Position numbers and translations under genes: made by a program
Notes under the pieces: model-generated
What the model saw: only the letters and a program-made list of their open reading frames with translations
The model's database searches: none
Told to the model about the DNA's origin: nothing
Origin: Massalongia carnosa
Lineage: Eukaryota
NCBI GenBank assembly: GCA_965645245.1
Contig: OZ287073.1
Coordinates: 372,001-436,000 of the forward strand
Direction of reading: 5' to 3'
Length of the DNA stretch: 64,000 nucleotides
Part shown: positions 34,199 to 45,300 of the stretch, piece after piece
Numbering within the stretch: position 1 is the stretch's first letter
Layout of the letters: the number at the start of each line of letters is the position of its first letter

Positions 34199-35914
34199 AT
34201 GGAATCTCTCTCTTTTACATTAGCTGTGATCCCTCTTCTGGTCAGCACAGCAGAACATTACAAGACAGCGTATAATGCATTCCACCGGCTACGAAAGGCC
34301 TCCCGCGAGGCCGAAATCCTGCGTGTCGACCTGGTCGTCCAAAGAGCTCTATTCGATGACAACTGTAGAAACTTGCTGAACAAGTGTGGCGTTGATGAGG
34401 CTATGGCTGCTCTCATGCTCAAAAGCCCAAGACACACTGGCTGGTCCATGAACGAGCTTCAAGCAAAGATCAAGAAGGTCCTTGGATCCTTTTCTGAGGC
34501 GTTTGTCGGCATCATGCAACGAATCGAGGCCGAGCTGAAGGGCATCGAGGATAAAGTACAGAGCTGTCTCTCCGTAGACAGAGGTGTCGGCTGGAGAGTG
34601 CGTCTGGCAGTGACAAAACCTACGTTGGACAATTCTATTGAGCAGATCAATCGACTGAACATCAACCTGAACGACATTCGTATGCGAGTTGATGATGCCA
34701 GTCGGCGGAAAAAAGGCAAAGGTCTCCAACCTGCTCGTATACAACAAGATTCTCGAAACGGACCAGAAATTCGACGACTATTTCAAGAATTTGCTGTAGT
34801 ACAACAAGTCTCGCAGAAGTTGTACCAAGCCCTGGCCGGGGCGTGCAATGATCACGATCGACATGATACACTTATCAATCTCACCCCTCGAATCAACGCT
34901 ATCTCGAAATGCGTTCAGCTCGAACTTGCCTTGCGTAATCCCCGGCAACATTCTTGGACTCCGATGAAACAGCATGCAATCTGGTTATCCGTTGAGTCTC
35001 TCAAGATCATGAATTCTGGACAGACCGAGTCATTACTGAAACAGCTAGAATTTGTCTCGGTAGACGACCAACCTTCATCGTCGACTCAAAATGTTGTGAC
35101 AATACATCCTGCGGCTCCTTCAGAACAAGAACCTCCACGTAGCTCAGTTCAGAATCGTCGAAAGACCTTTTGTCGGAGGGTACATGAAGGTTCCGCGAGC
35201 TGCCTGTCACGCTCCTGTATCGGCTCTTTTCAACATAATCGAGGAGCGGAACTTGAGGTGTTTTTGGTCCCCAAACTATCAATAGAGGTGTCGCGTCTTG
35301 ACGTATCCACATTGAACGATCTCTTCTCACAGAAGCCAAGCAGCAATCAGAGGACATTGAATCTGTTCGAGTGTGTACGGCTTGGTCGCAAATTGGCAAC
35401 AGCTATGCTTAATTTTCACTCGACGTCATGGTTGTCCCCGTTGTGGAGTAGCCAGCAAATACGGCTCCTTCATTCAGAGGTGTCCGCCGGTGGCAACGTG
35501 TTCGAAGAGCAGGAGCCATACCTGGACGTCGCAATAACAGCCTCTGGACCTGGAGCAAGCAGTCGATCTCTAGAAGCTGATGATCCAAGAGTGATTGAAA
35601 ATTCCTTCCTGTACAGACTGGGAGTCATACTCCTGGAACTTGCATACGAGCAGCCTTTGCGCGATATGCGTATAAACGAGGACGGGAATGACGGAGCAGC
35701 TGTCGCAGAGTTTTACACAGCGACAAGAACCCGGAACAATGTTGCTGGGATTTTAGGACACTCGTACGCAAAGATAGTGGGTCAGTGCTTGAAGTGCAAC
35801 TTTCGAAGTGGTGTATCGGATCTGCACGAGTCAGATCTGCAGGAGGATGTATACCGAGACATAATCTGCAAACTAGGTTCTCTTGAACAGAAACTTCAAG
35901 ATGTATGGACATAA
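34199..35914 (+). CDS. Intronless protein: HeLo-like helical N-terminus plus degenerate kinase-like C-terminal domain
   Basis: N-terminal hydrophobic helix MESLSFTLAVIPLLVSTAEHY; C-terminus RLGRKLATAMLNFHSTSWL..WSSQQI..LYRLGVILLEL..YAKIVGQCL. No HRD or DFG motif. Confidence 0.7.
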   Translation: MESLSFTLAVIPLLVSTAEHYKTAYNAFHRLRKASREAEILRVDLVVQRALFDDNCRNLLNKCGVDEAMAALMLKSPRHTGWSMNELQAKIKKVLGSFSEAFVGIMQRIEAELKGIEDKVQSCLSVDRGVGWRVRLAVTKPTLDNSIEQINRLNINLNDIRMRVDDASRRKKGKGLQPARIQQDSRNGPEIRRLFQEFAVVQQVSQKLYQALAGACNDHDRHDTLINLTPRINAISKCVQLELALRNPRQHSWTPMKQHAIWLSVESLKIMNSGQTESLLKQLEFVSVDDQPSSSTQNVVTIHPAAPSEQEPPRSSVQNRRKTFCRRVHEGSASCLSRSCIGSFQHNRGAELEVFLVPKLSIEVSRLDVSTLNDLFSQKPSSNQRTLNLFECVRLGRKLATAMLNFHSTSWLSPLWSSQQIRLLHSEVSAGGNVFEEQEPYLDVAITASGPGASSRSLEADDPRVIENSFLYRLGVILLELAYEQPLRDMRINEDGNDGAAVAEFYTATRTRNNVAGILGHSYAKIVGQCLKCNFRSGVSDLHESDLQEDVYRDIICKLGSLEQKLQDVWT

Positions 35915-36105
35915 AGTCCGGATTAATTCAAAACTGCGTGTCGAAAGTCCTCCCTTGGGTCACAACGTCTCGATCATTCGTGTCAATCATGTTACCCGGT
36001 TTGCCTCATGTAACGCAGTTCATTAAAAGTTGACTCATCATCCTTGATAAGTTCATACAGAAGGCGCGCGTACGCCGCGCAACAGGTTGGATTGATCCCG
36101 ACAGG

Positions 36106-36150
36106 TGTCACGGTGGGAGTCCAATGGTCCTATCCATGTGGTGAACATTA
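36106..36150 (-). repeat. LTR end related to gypsy B, next to a lone MITE TIR at 36071
   Basis: TGTCACGGTGGGAGTCCAATGGTCCTATCCATGTGGTGAACA is a near reverse complement of the B LTR 3' end. Confidence 0.75.
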
Positions 36151-36234
36151 TTTGTTGAGCTGAATGTATGATAACAATGAGCTCTATGATGAATTTATAT
36201 TTACGTCAGAAGAATATCTCTTGATAGTGAAATA

Positions 36235-38592
36235 CGGTATTAATTGACATATAAGACCCTGGTTTTATAGGGGGGTGGTCCGTCAAAGGGTCAATTAGAA
36301 CAGGGTTTTATAGGTAGGCACGTAGGGGGGTTTAATAAGTGGGTGAGGTTTTATAGGGGCTAGATATTAGTCAGCTGGAGAGACAACGCGAAAACGCATA
36401 CTAATTTAATATTTCTCCCCGATTTTTCGGCCTTTGGCATGCTCTTTCCATTCATTATTCATCTAAATTCATCCTATCATCAACCAATTATATGATTATG
36501 GCTTCTTCTCATGTTCAAAATCCTGCTCAGCCTTCGATTCAGCCTCGTCCTGGGCCAACTTCGAAGCCGTCTTGTATTCGTAGCTTGAATCAAGCCCGAC
36601 TTTCTAAAAACGCCTTTATTCAACCCCCTATGCCTAGTATGCCTGTAGCCTCGAATGGTAATGAGGCTCAAATCGTCGAACAATTTCGGCTTTATCGAAT
36701 GAAGGCAGATCGCGATGCATTAGGCGATAATTCTGATGAACACGATGCTCCTCGTCATCAATTATCCTACACCAGAGAGCATAAATTAGCTGCTATCAGT
36801 TATGCTCAGACTACATGGAAGACTCAAAAGGACGGAGGTTTGAAACTTATCAGCAAATACGCCGCCGCCAAAGATCTCGGAATCACCACCGCGATGCTGA
36901 GACAATGGATCAAGAACAAATTAGACATCGAGGGTCAATCTCGGGGCAAACGTAAAGACAGGAAGGCTATCGGTCTTTGTCAGGAACCTGAGTTGGAAGA
37001 ACGTTTGTTGGTGTTGTTTACAAAAGCTCGAGATGCAGGTCGTAAAATTAATAAACGATGGTTTGTCCGTCAAGGTCGTCAGTTGTATGGTGACTTATAT
37101 CCTCATCGAGTGATCAAGAACACTGGAAAGATGACTGAATATGTCGGGTTTAAATTCTCCAATGGTTGGTTTAGTGGGTTCAGACGACGATGTGGAGTGG
37201 CTGTCAGAACTCCTATATACCAAAAAAGCTCAGCAGGTAGGGCTGATAATAACGATGTCGTCAAGATGATCTAACCGCTTTCGATGCCAGGTCCCCGAGA
37301 ATTTTCGTCGTGTAATCGAGCTCTGGTTGCAGTTTAATCGTCGCAATTCTCAGCCATTATCGAATCAAATTCCTTTGCATGGAGGAGGAAGATGTCGTCT
37401 TTGCGATATTGGTAATATGGATCAAACTCCCATTGCTTAACGAGTTTCTTCAGGGTCAGTGTTATGACTTCAAGGGAGCTAAAACCATATGGATAAAGAC
37501 TCATCGCTCTGGATGGGACAAAAGGCGAGCCACATTGATGGTTTATGTTTCTGCTGATGGTGTGAATCGCTGCAAACCTCTTCTTATATTTCAGGGTCAA
37601 GATGTCGTCAAGAGCAGTCGCATCAAAAAAGAAATGCAGCAGTATGATTCAGGGGTGGTGGTTCAATGGAACGCAAAGGCTTACTGCAATACAAAAGTCA
37701 TGATTCGATGGCTAAAACAGCAGTATAAATTCGCAACTACAGGATTTTCAAACATTAATACTGGACGATTTTTATCCTTAGATGTATTTGCGGGACAAAA
37801 AACCGACGAGGTTTGTAATTGAATTCAATGCTACTTCAGATTACTAACAAATTGACAGGTTAAACAAGTCTTTCGAGATTTGAATGTCACGGCATCGTTT
37901 ATTCCATCCGGCTGTACCGGATTTGTGCAGGTTCTCGACGTAGCCATCAACAAACCTCTGAAAAATCGAATTTCCGAGCTGGCCGACATTCATTATGATG
38001 AGAATTTCGAGAAGTGGAACAAAGGCTCATACACGGTTGGTGAACGACGGATTATGCTAGCACACTGGGTGGGTCAGGCATGGAGGGATATTCATCGCGA
38101 GAATGCCTCTCTGATTCGTCAGACCTTTCGAAAGCTTGGATTATCTTTAGCTATAGATGGTTCGGAAGATAACGAGCTCTCAATCAAAGACATTCCAGAC
38201 GTAAAAGTCGGAAAATGGAGGCTTTCGGCCGGTCAGGAGGATATACAAGAGGGTGGAAGAGCCCGACACGGTCGATAATATTCAGAAGGCTGGTGATGAG
38301 GTGCAGATAGAAGATGGGAATGAGTTTGTTATTGATTGTTTCAGACGATGAAACAAATGATCATGATGATAGCGAGATGGACGTAGAGGAAGATTGATTT
38401 CAGAGAATTTTTGGGAGAACTCTGTTAGTTTCACATACAAAATTGCCCTATAGATTACAAATCATTCCAAATTGTCCCAAATATGGTTTTATAGGTCAGA
38501 CCCCCTCGGTCAGAAAACAGTCATTTTGAACAGGGTTTTATAGGTAGGGGGGTTTTATATAAAAGTAGGGTCTTATATGTCAATTAATACGG
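36235..38592 (+). mobile_element. pogo/Tc2-like DNA transposon with intron-containing transposase
   Basis: 26-bp TIR C(G/C)GTATTAATTGACATATAAGACCCT; TA flanks at 36233-34 and 38593-94. Confidence 0.92.
36498..38397 (+). pseudogene. HTH/CENP-B plus DDE_1-type transposase, two introns, frameshifted
   Basis: EPELEERL..FKFSNGWF..GNMDQTP..LSLDVFAGQ..PSGCTGFVQVLDVAINKPLK. Introns 37237-37290 and 37811-37858. Frame lesions near 37214 and 37438. 3' end approximate. Confidence 0.82.
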
Positions 38593-38753
38593 TAGATGAG
38601 GATTTTTCAGAATGCGAGACTAGGCTAAATCAACAAGAGGAAGCTTGCGGAGAGACGGTGGACGTGCACATATTTAGTATGGGGAGGTGGCTTGTAGCTA
38701 GTCCTAATTTGCAATGGTTTTCGCTGGGGGGATAGGGGGGAACTGTCCCGAGT

Positions 38754-40474
38754 CGAGATGCTTAGGGACAGTCCCCTCGACCGTCCTGTGTAAATCTTTG
38801 CTAGTAAACAGCCATTTCATTGCTCAGGGTGCGTAAAAGCTAGTAATGCAACTGCCAATAGCACATTAAACTCTTTTCGGTTTAAATCGTATGACGTGTT
38901 ATTGCTACTTATAATTATCCTACTCGGTCTGATAAAGCATACCCTCACCCTCACTTACCATTAGCCCTTGCCTATAAGACAATTCGGTGCAGAAAATATG
39001 TGATGAGGTGCGGAAAAAACAACAGCGAATACGCAATCCTAGATTGATCGATAGAAATGCTTTTACGCTACTCATTGGGAAAATTACGCATCATGCCATT
39101 GGCCTCGTTTCAAGAGAACTCGATGCCGCCAAATCATTAGCTGAACGAATCCTTTCTATTGTCCCTGATGGTGGAAGCTGTGTCTTCGATTGTGAATTGC
39201 ATTTAAGGTACGGTCTCCCATGCAAATGCTGGTTGTATAGCATCATCGACTCGGTCCCTATTCCCGTTTCCCTCATCCACCCCTGCTGGTTTTTTGATAG
39301 CCCACCTTATGCGGTCTCTTGGCAAATGACCTTCGATCTCGCTCGCGGCTCGGAGCCTGAGGTCGAAAAGATCGTCGATGAGGTCGAAGTGACGGGAAAG
39401 ATTGAGGCGGATAAGGATGAGGTCGAGCTCGAAGAAGGGGTGTTGAGTGAGGATAGATTTCGCCGCGGCGGGCCTTGATTTGCTACATTCTGTGGCATAT
39501 CAATCTATTGACCTGCATCAATCAAAAGAAGATTCTCCTCGAAGGGATGAGCACGCTCGCGAGCATGCTCACATCGTTGAAAAGTTCAATAAGAAATGGC
39601 AAAAGAAGGAGCTGGTAAGACCTCTCATCCCCACCACATTCCCCGACGAAATTCGGCCCAAAGAAAACCTCATATTAAGAAAGGAGGGAGTCGTCGACGT
39701 GCCTACACTGGTCGCGAGGCAGCTGAGGCTAGAGAAACTGAACAGCGACGTACTAGGCGAAGGGACTCTATTGAACAAGGGAGGAGGCTTAGATATAATA
39801 GATTGCGTGCTGCGGGCGACGATGAGGTTGAAGGTGAAACGGAAAGTAAAACTCACGATGTTGCAAAGTTATTGCGCCCGGGTCGGCTAATATTGAGTAC
39901 CTTGTACAATAGGTTTAGGAGAAAACTTAATTATGAAGAGAATCGAAAACGCGCCTATCGTCTTCGACGACGATGACGAGGTGCAGTATATAAGCACTCA
40001 GCTCATTCTCGGTCGTTTTATGGGTTCTATGCTTCCTTCATGATGTTATTCTTACATCAGAAGCCTTGTCGGATTCACTCGAAGATATTGACGATGTGTT
40101 TGCCTAGCATAATCAAAAAGCCCTATCTCAGGCAGCGCCGTCTTCATCTCTTTATAGTCTTAGCCAAAACGTGCGCGTCAGTCAAATTCTCTCTACTTCC
40201 TCTGCAACAACGCGAAGGTCTCGGGGTGTGACGAAGAAATCAAACGGCGATGAGAAAGATGGCTGAAATCATGAAGCCTTGATTAGATGATGTATCGCAA
40301 TTGATTGACGAGTTTTTGGAGTTGAAGTCATCGCAATAGGTAGATTTGTAGGTGTTGAATACACTTAGTCACTGCTAGCTTGTACGCACCCTGGAGGAGT
40401 AGTAAAATGGCTGTTTACTAGTAAAGATTTACATAGGGGGGGGACGGTCGGGGGGACTGTCCCTAAGCATCTCG
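38754..40474 (+). mobile_element. Mutator-like element (MULE), internally deleted
   Basis: ~65-bp imperfect TIRs CGAGATGCTTAGGGACAGTCCCC.. / ..GGGGACTGTCCCTAAGCATCTCG; 9-bp TSD GTCCCGAGT; SWIM-like C..C..GLPC..IHPCW remnant; no catalytic core. Confidence 0.88.
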
Positions 40475-40489
40475 GTCCCGAGTCTTCTC

Positions 40490-40920
40490 GCTATATGCGA
40501 AAAGCTTCAGATATCAGCACGACTTCGGCAACTACGAGGAGGCAAAGGTATGCAGCAAAACTGCTACATTTCGAAGGCAATTCAGCTGTACATGATCACT
40601 GAGTGTCTCGGTGTCTCCGGTCAGCAATAAGGTGTATTTGCCCAGCTGAAAAAGTTCAAAGGAAGCAGGTTCATGCATTTGATATAGGCCGAGATGGAGG
40701 CACTCAAGCAGTATAAAGAGACGGTGATTCCTCATGTGATTTAGCTATTCGGTCGTTCAGAATTCAGTTCAGCAGATAGCTAAATTTGGAGTATCTTCAC
40801 TGGAAATACGGAGTACCTGCATCACGTTTGCTAAGCACTTCTCTTTGCCTATCCTTGATAGCCCTAGACCCTCTTCTCCTGCATCCCGCTGCCGTATGCC
40901 TGGTTGTTTTTGTTCAACAA
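40490..40920 (+). repeat. Dispersed ~430-bp repeat, copy 2 (empty MITE site)
   Basis: Matches 13768-14370 and has a single AGTATCTT. Confidence 0.9.
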
Positions 40921-42385
40921 AAGGATTGCAAGTGTCTAAAATTTATGAAGTCGAAAACATTAATCTTATTTAAAATCTCAACACGAGCTATTTAAAAAAA
41001 ACATTGACCTCCGCCTGCCAGTCTTCCACGACTTCGTTTCTCTCCGCTCCAATGCATTAGGTACCTAATCGCCAGAGTATCAGTTATGTTCTAAAGATAA
41101 CGGGGCTTCTTCTACATGAGAGCAGTTGTCGTAGCTTTTTGCTGAATTCTAAGACTCAATAGCAGATCCTATAAACGCACTAGCTTGCTGGGGGCTAGTG
41201 AAGTTGTCACCGTGACGGACGGCACCCGGCGTGTAAGCGGGATAGGGCCGGACGCTAGCAGATAGGTGAAAAACTCTTCACCTCCTCTATCCCTCCATCT
41301 CTTCTCTCTTTCCTCATCAACACTCATCAAAATCGTGTTTCGCTGTTTCTCCCACCCGCCCTCTCCTTAACAGTCTATCGCTTAGATAGATAGAGTAAGT
41401 CTTAACCCCAGGGTTCGCATCTACAGCGTCTATGGACCCCGTAGCCTACCCGTTTCGGCTCCGTACCCGGCGCGGACGGCGCACGAACGGTGTCATGCCA
41501 CACCCTAGGGTCAGGACTTTGCCCAAACACTAGAATAGCAATAAACACAAGGTGGCTGCGTTTCACTAGCGGTTCTCATGCTCAGAAAACGCTCACAACA
41601 TCATTTCGAAAATTTCCCACGAGCCTTAGGTATTTGAAAGAGAAAAGGAGATGAAGATATGGATTTAATCTTCCGGACTGAGCACCTTTTCTGAAGATTC
41701 GAGTGCGACGCGTAGGACGGTGATTAAGCCCGGATGTGTTTCCGGAACAGGTGGAGGGCTTAGTAACTCTTTAGGGGCGTTAGAAGGATATGATAACGAA
41801 TAGGAAATGAAAGTGGTTAATAAGCGTGAGTCGAGTAAATAATAGGTGTTTGATTTAGATAAGAATCTCTTTTGATCCTGAACTCCTAATCGATGATAAT
41901 AACTACAAGAAAGGTGTCAAAGGCTCATCTATTTATGTCCTTTCTTTAGTCTTGACCAACTTGGATATTAACCCCTTTCGACCTTCAGCATTTATCGTTT
42001 ATTTCGCCCCGGCATTATCGATCCTCTATTATAACTTTCGGACCTTTATAATCAACAAAAAGGATTTCTTTTGTCAAGGAATAGATGTCGGACTGCTAAC
42101 AATAGAAATCTTGAAACATGTTCAGCAGAGGTCATATTGTAAAAACCGCGCGCTCTTCAGGTTTTAGCTATTTCGTTGGGTAGGGGAAGAGAGCTGTATA
42201 AAAGCATCTTTTAGGGGTTCAGACAGAATGATACACATACACAATCAACAAATCATTGAAGCGCCGATTTTAGCGTTTTCTGTTTAAATTTGATCTTATA
42301 CGTCAAGTTCTGTATGTTTCCCACCATCTTATCTCTCTGTCCGCCTAAGGTTATCTTATGCTTCGAATTAAGTCGACGTTTTTTT

Positions 42386-45300
42386 CTAGGCGGAACGCGC
42401 TGAAGATTTTTTCTTCTTATTGTCATCATGGTCGGATTTCTTTTTATCTTTATCTCTTGCCGACTTGCTCGTTCGCTCTAGTAACATCGCAAGATCATGC
42501 TCCGAAGCGAGTCGATTAGGATGATCTTCCGTCAGTTTTTCATCAATTTTGACAACGTGCTCGAGCAGCTTTATAGCTTCGTCGATTTGCCCGTTGACTC
42601 CGTAAGCCCTGGCGAGCTCATGCATCGAATGGAGTCGATTAGGATGATCTTCCGTCAGTTTTTCATCAATTTTGACAACGTGCTCGAGCAGCTTTATAGC
42701 TTCGTCGATTTGCCCGTTGACTCCGTAAGCCCTGGCGAGCTCATGCATCGAATGGAGTCGATCAGGATGATCTTGCGCCAGTTTTTCTTTGACTTTGACA
42801 ACAAGCTCGAGCAGCTTTATAGCTTCGCCGATTTGCCCGTTGTCTCTGTAAGCACAGGCGAGTACATGCTGTGAATCGAGTCGATAAGGATTATCTTCCG
42901 CCAATTTTTCTCGTATTTTGACAACACGCTCGAGCAGCTTTATAGCTTCGTCGATTTGTCCGTTTTTTTTGTAAGCACTGGCGAGCTCATGCTGCGAAGC
43001 GAGTCGAGAAGGATGATCTTCCGTCAGTTTTTCATCAATTTTGACAACATGCTCGAGCAGCTTTATAGCTTCGTCGATTTGCCCGTTGACTCTGTAAGCA
43101 CTGGCGAGCTCATACATCGAAGCGAGTCGATGGGGATGATCTTCCGTCAGTTTTTCATCGATTTTGACAACATGCTCGAGCAGCTTTATAGCTTCGTCGA
43201 TTTGCCCGTTTTTTTTGTAAGCCCTGGCGAGGTCATGCTGCGAACCGAGTCGATCGGGATGATCTTTCGCCAGTTTTTCTCTGACTTTGACAACATGCTC
43301 GAGCATCTTTATAGCTTCGTCGATTTGCCCGTTTTTTTTGTAAGCCCTGGCGAGCTCATGCTGTGAATTGAGTCGATTAGGATGATCTTCCGTCAGTTTT
43401 TCTTCAATTTTGACAACATGCTCGAGCAGCTCCATAGCTTCGTCGCTTTGCCCGTTGTCTCTGTATCTGTAAGTCCTGGCGAGCTCATGCTGCGAAACGA
43501 GTCGATCAGGATGATCATTCGCCAGTTTTTCTCTGACTTTGACAACATGCTCGAGCAGCTTTATAGCTTCGTCGATTTGCCTGTTGTCTATGTAAGCACT
43601 GGCGAGCTCATGCTGCGAATCGAGTCGAGAAGGATGATCATTCGCCAGTTTTTCTCTGACTTTGACAACATGCTCAAGCAGCTTTATAGCTTCATCGATT
43701 TGCCTGTTGTCTCTATAAGCACTAGCGAGCTCAAGCTGCGAATCGAGTCGATCAGGATGATCTTCCGCCAGGGTCTTAGTTCGACTCTTATAAATTTCTT
43801 TAAAGACATCAATCGCTTCTACAAAATTTCCATGCCACCGAAACACTCGCGCAGTAAAGACTTTAATCTGAAATATTATTTCTTGATTTACTTCATTTCT
43901 ATTTCCTAGCCTCGAGCGAATGCGTTGAACGAGAGAACTTAACGAGTTATAATCGACCATATAATGGAGAACATACGCAAACTGAAAAAGAATTTGAGCA
44001 ATTTCCATATCAGATATGTTCTGTGTATAGTCCTCGATTTCGTTATCTACACAGGCACGCACATGAGATTGTAGGGAGATGAAAACAGGAAAATATTCAT
44101 ACTTACCCTTACATGATAATGCAAGGATCGTCGCGGCTGACTGCCATGCTATGCATCGAGTTTGATGATCTTGTCGCTCGTTCGCCCATGCATGTATCAG
44201 AGAATGCATAGAAATAATGATGAAACCGTTACTCTCATCCATAGTGATAATCGATAAAGACTCCAGAATTGCGCAAGCTTTGCGCCATCGCAAGCAGTCT
44301 TGAATAATAGACCGTCCTTGCTGAATATATTCTGGTAGTCTTGCGACGTGGCACTTGGATAAAAATAAGACCTCGTTATCATGATCTGTCTCATCATTCA
44401 TGATCTCTGAGGCATACTCGGAAGCCCTTTGAAATATTGTCTCCGATATTTCTCTATTATGCATAAAGGCAAGAGTATGAAGAAGATTCAAAGCATCCGA
44501 GTTCTTTGATACTTCAGAGTTCTGAATATACTTTAGAGAAACCTCGAATGTTGCATACACATTGCAATATGTCGACATGTTTTGCTTCGAATGAAATTTC
44601 AACAACTCTTTCATCTGCCGTTGAAAGATGATTGAATAATTTTCAAGTGAGCATCTATTTTTCTTCATATACACGCCTGCTTGAATTATTGCTAGCGTAT
44701 GTGATCCAAGACTTTCGACAACGATTGTAGCAGCTTTCTCTTTGTCTTTCCAACTACTCCCTGTGATATGAAGAGTCCGAAGTAGTAGCTCTCTCGCAAG
44801 CTCAATCTCGAGACAGTCTAACGTTTCACTTCCTACGGTCTCATATTCAACACATTCTTTAATACGTGTTGTGAGCAAGATATCGCCTCTTCTACCGGAG
44901 GGTATATATTTTGAATAATCAATCTCTTGATCATCGGCGTTATCAATTATTAGAAGCCACCGCTGACTATTGCAAGCTAGCCATGATTTGACATTTTCAA
45001 CGCTTGGCTTAGCCACACCACACTGTCGTCCGATGTCGATATATCCCTGATCAGCCGTGGCGATGCTTCCGGCGTCAAGCCAGAAAACTCCCCAATACCT
45101 AGCTTGTCAGCGAAATATTGACAGCAGGTTAAATTTTACATACTGATCTCGATGATCTTCTGCGAACTTCAGACAAACTTGGCTCTTGCCTGTACCTCCT
45201 ATTCCGATTATGACAAAAATCCTTTGATGTCTGGAAGGCATTACGGGATCAAGTAAGAACGCTTGAGCAAGGCGCTCACCAAGCTCCCGACGTCCAGTAT

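Noticed and set aside
41178..41570. CACTAG motifs and an LTR-like TGTCAC..CA stretch
   Set aside because: No matching TIR pair or TSD could be established.
42497..43909. Repetitive plus-strand ORFs (also 31739-32584)
   Set aside because: Antisense shadows of the TPR arrays.
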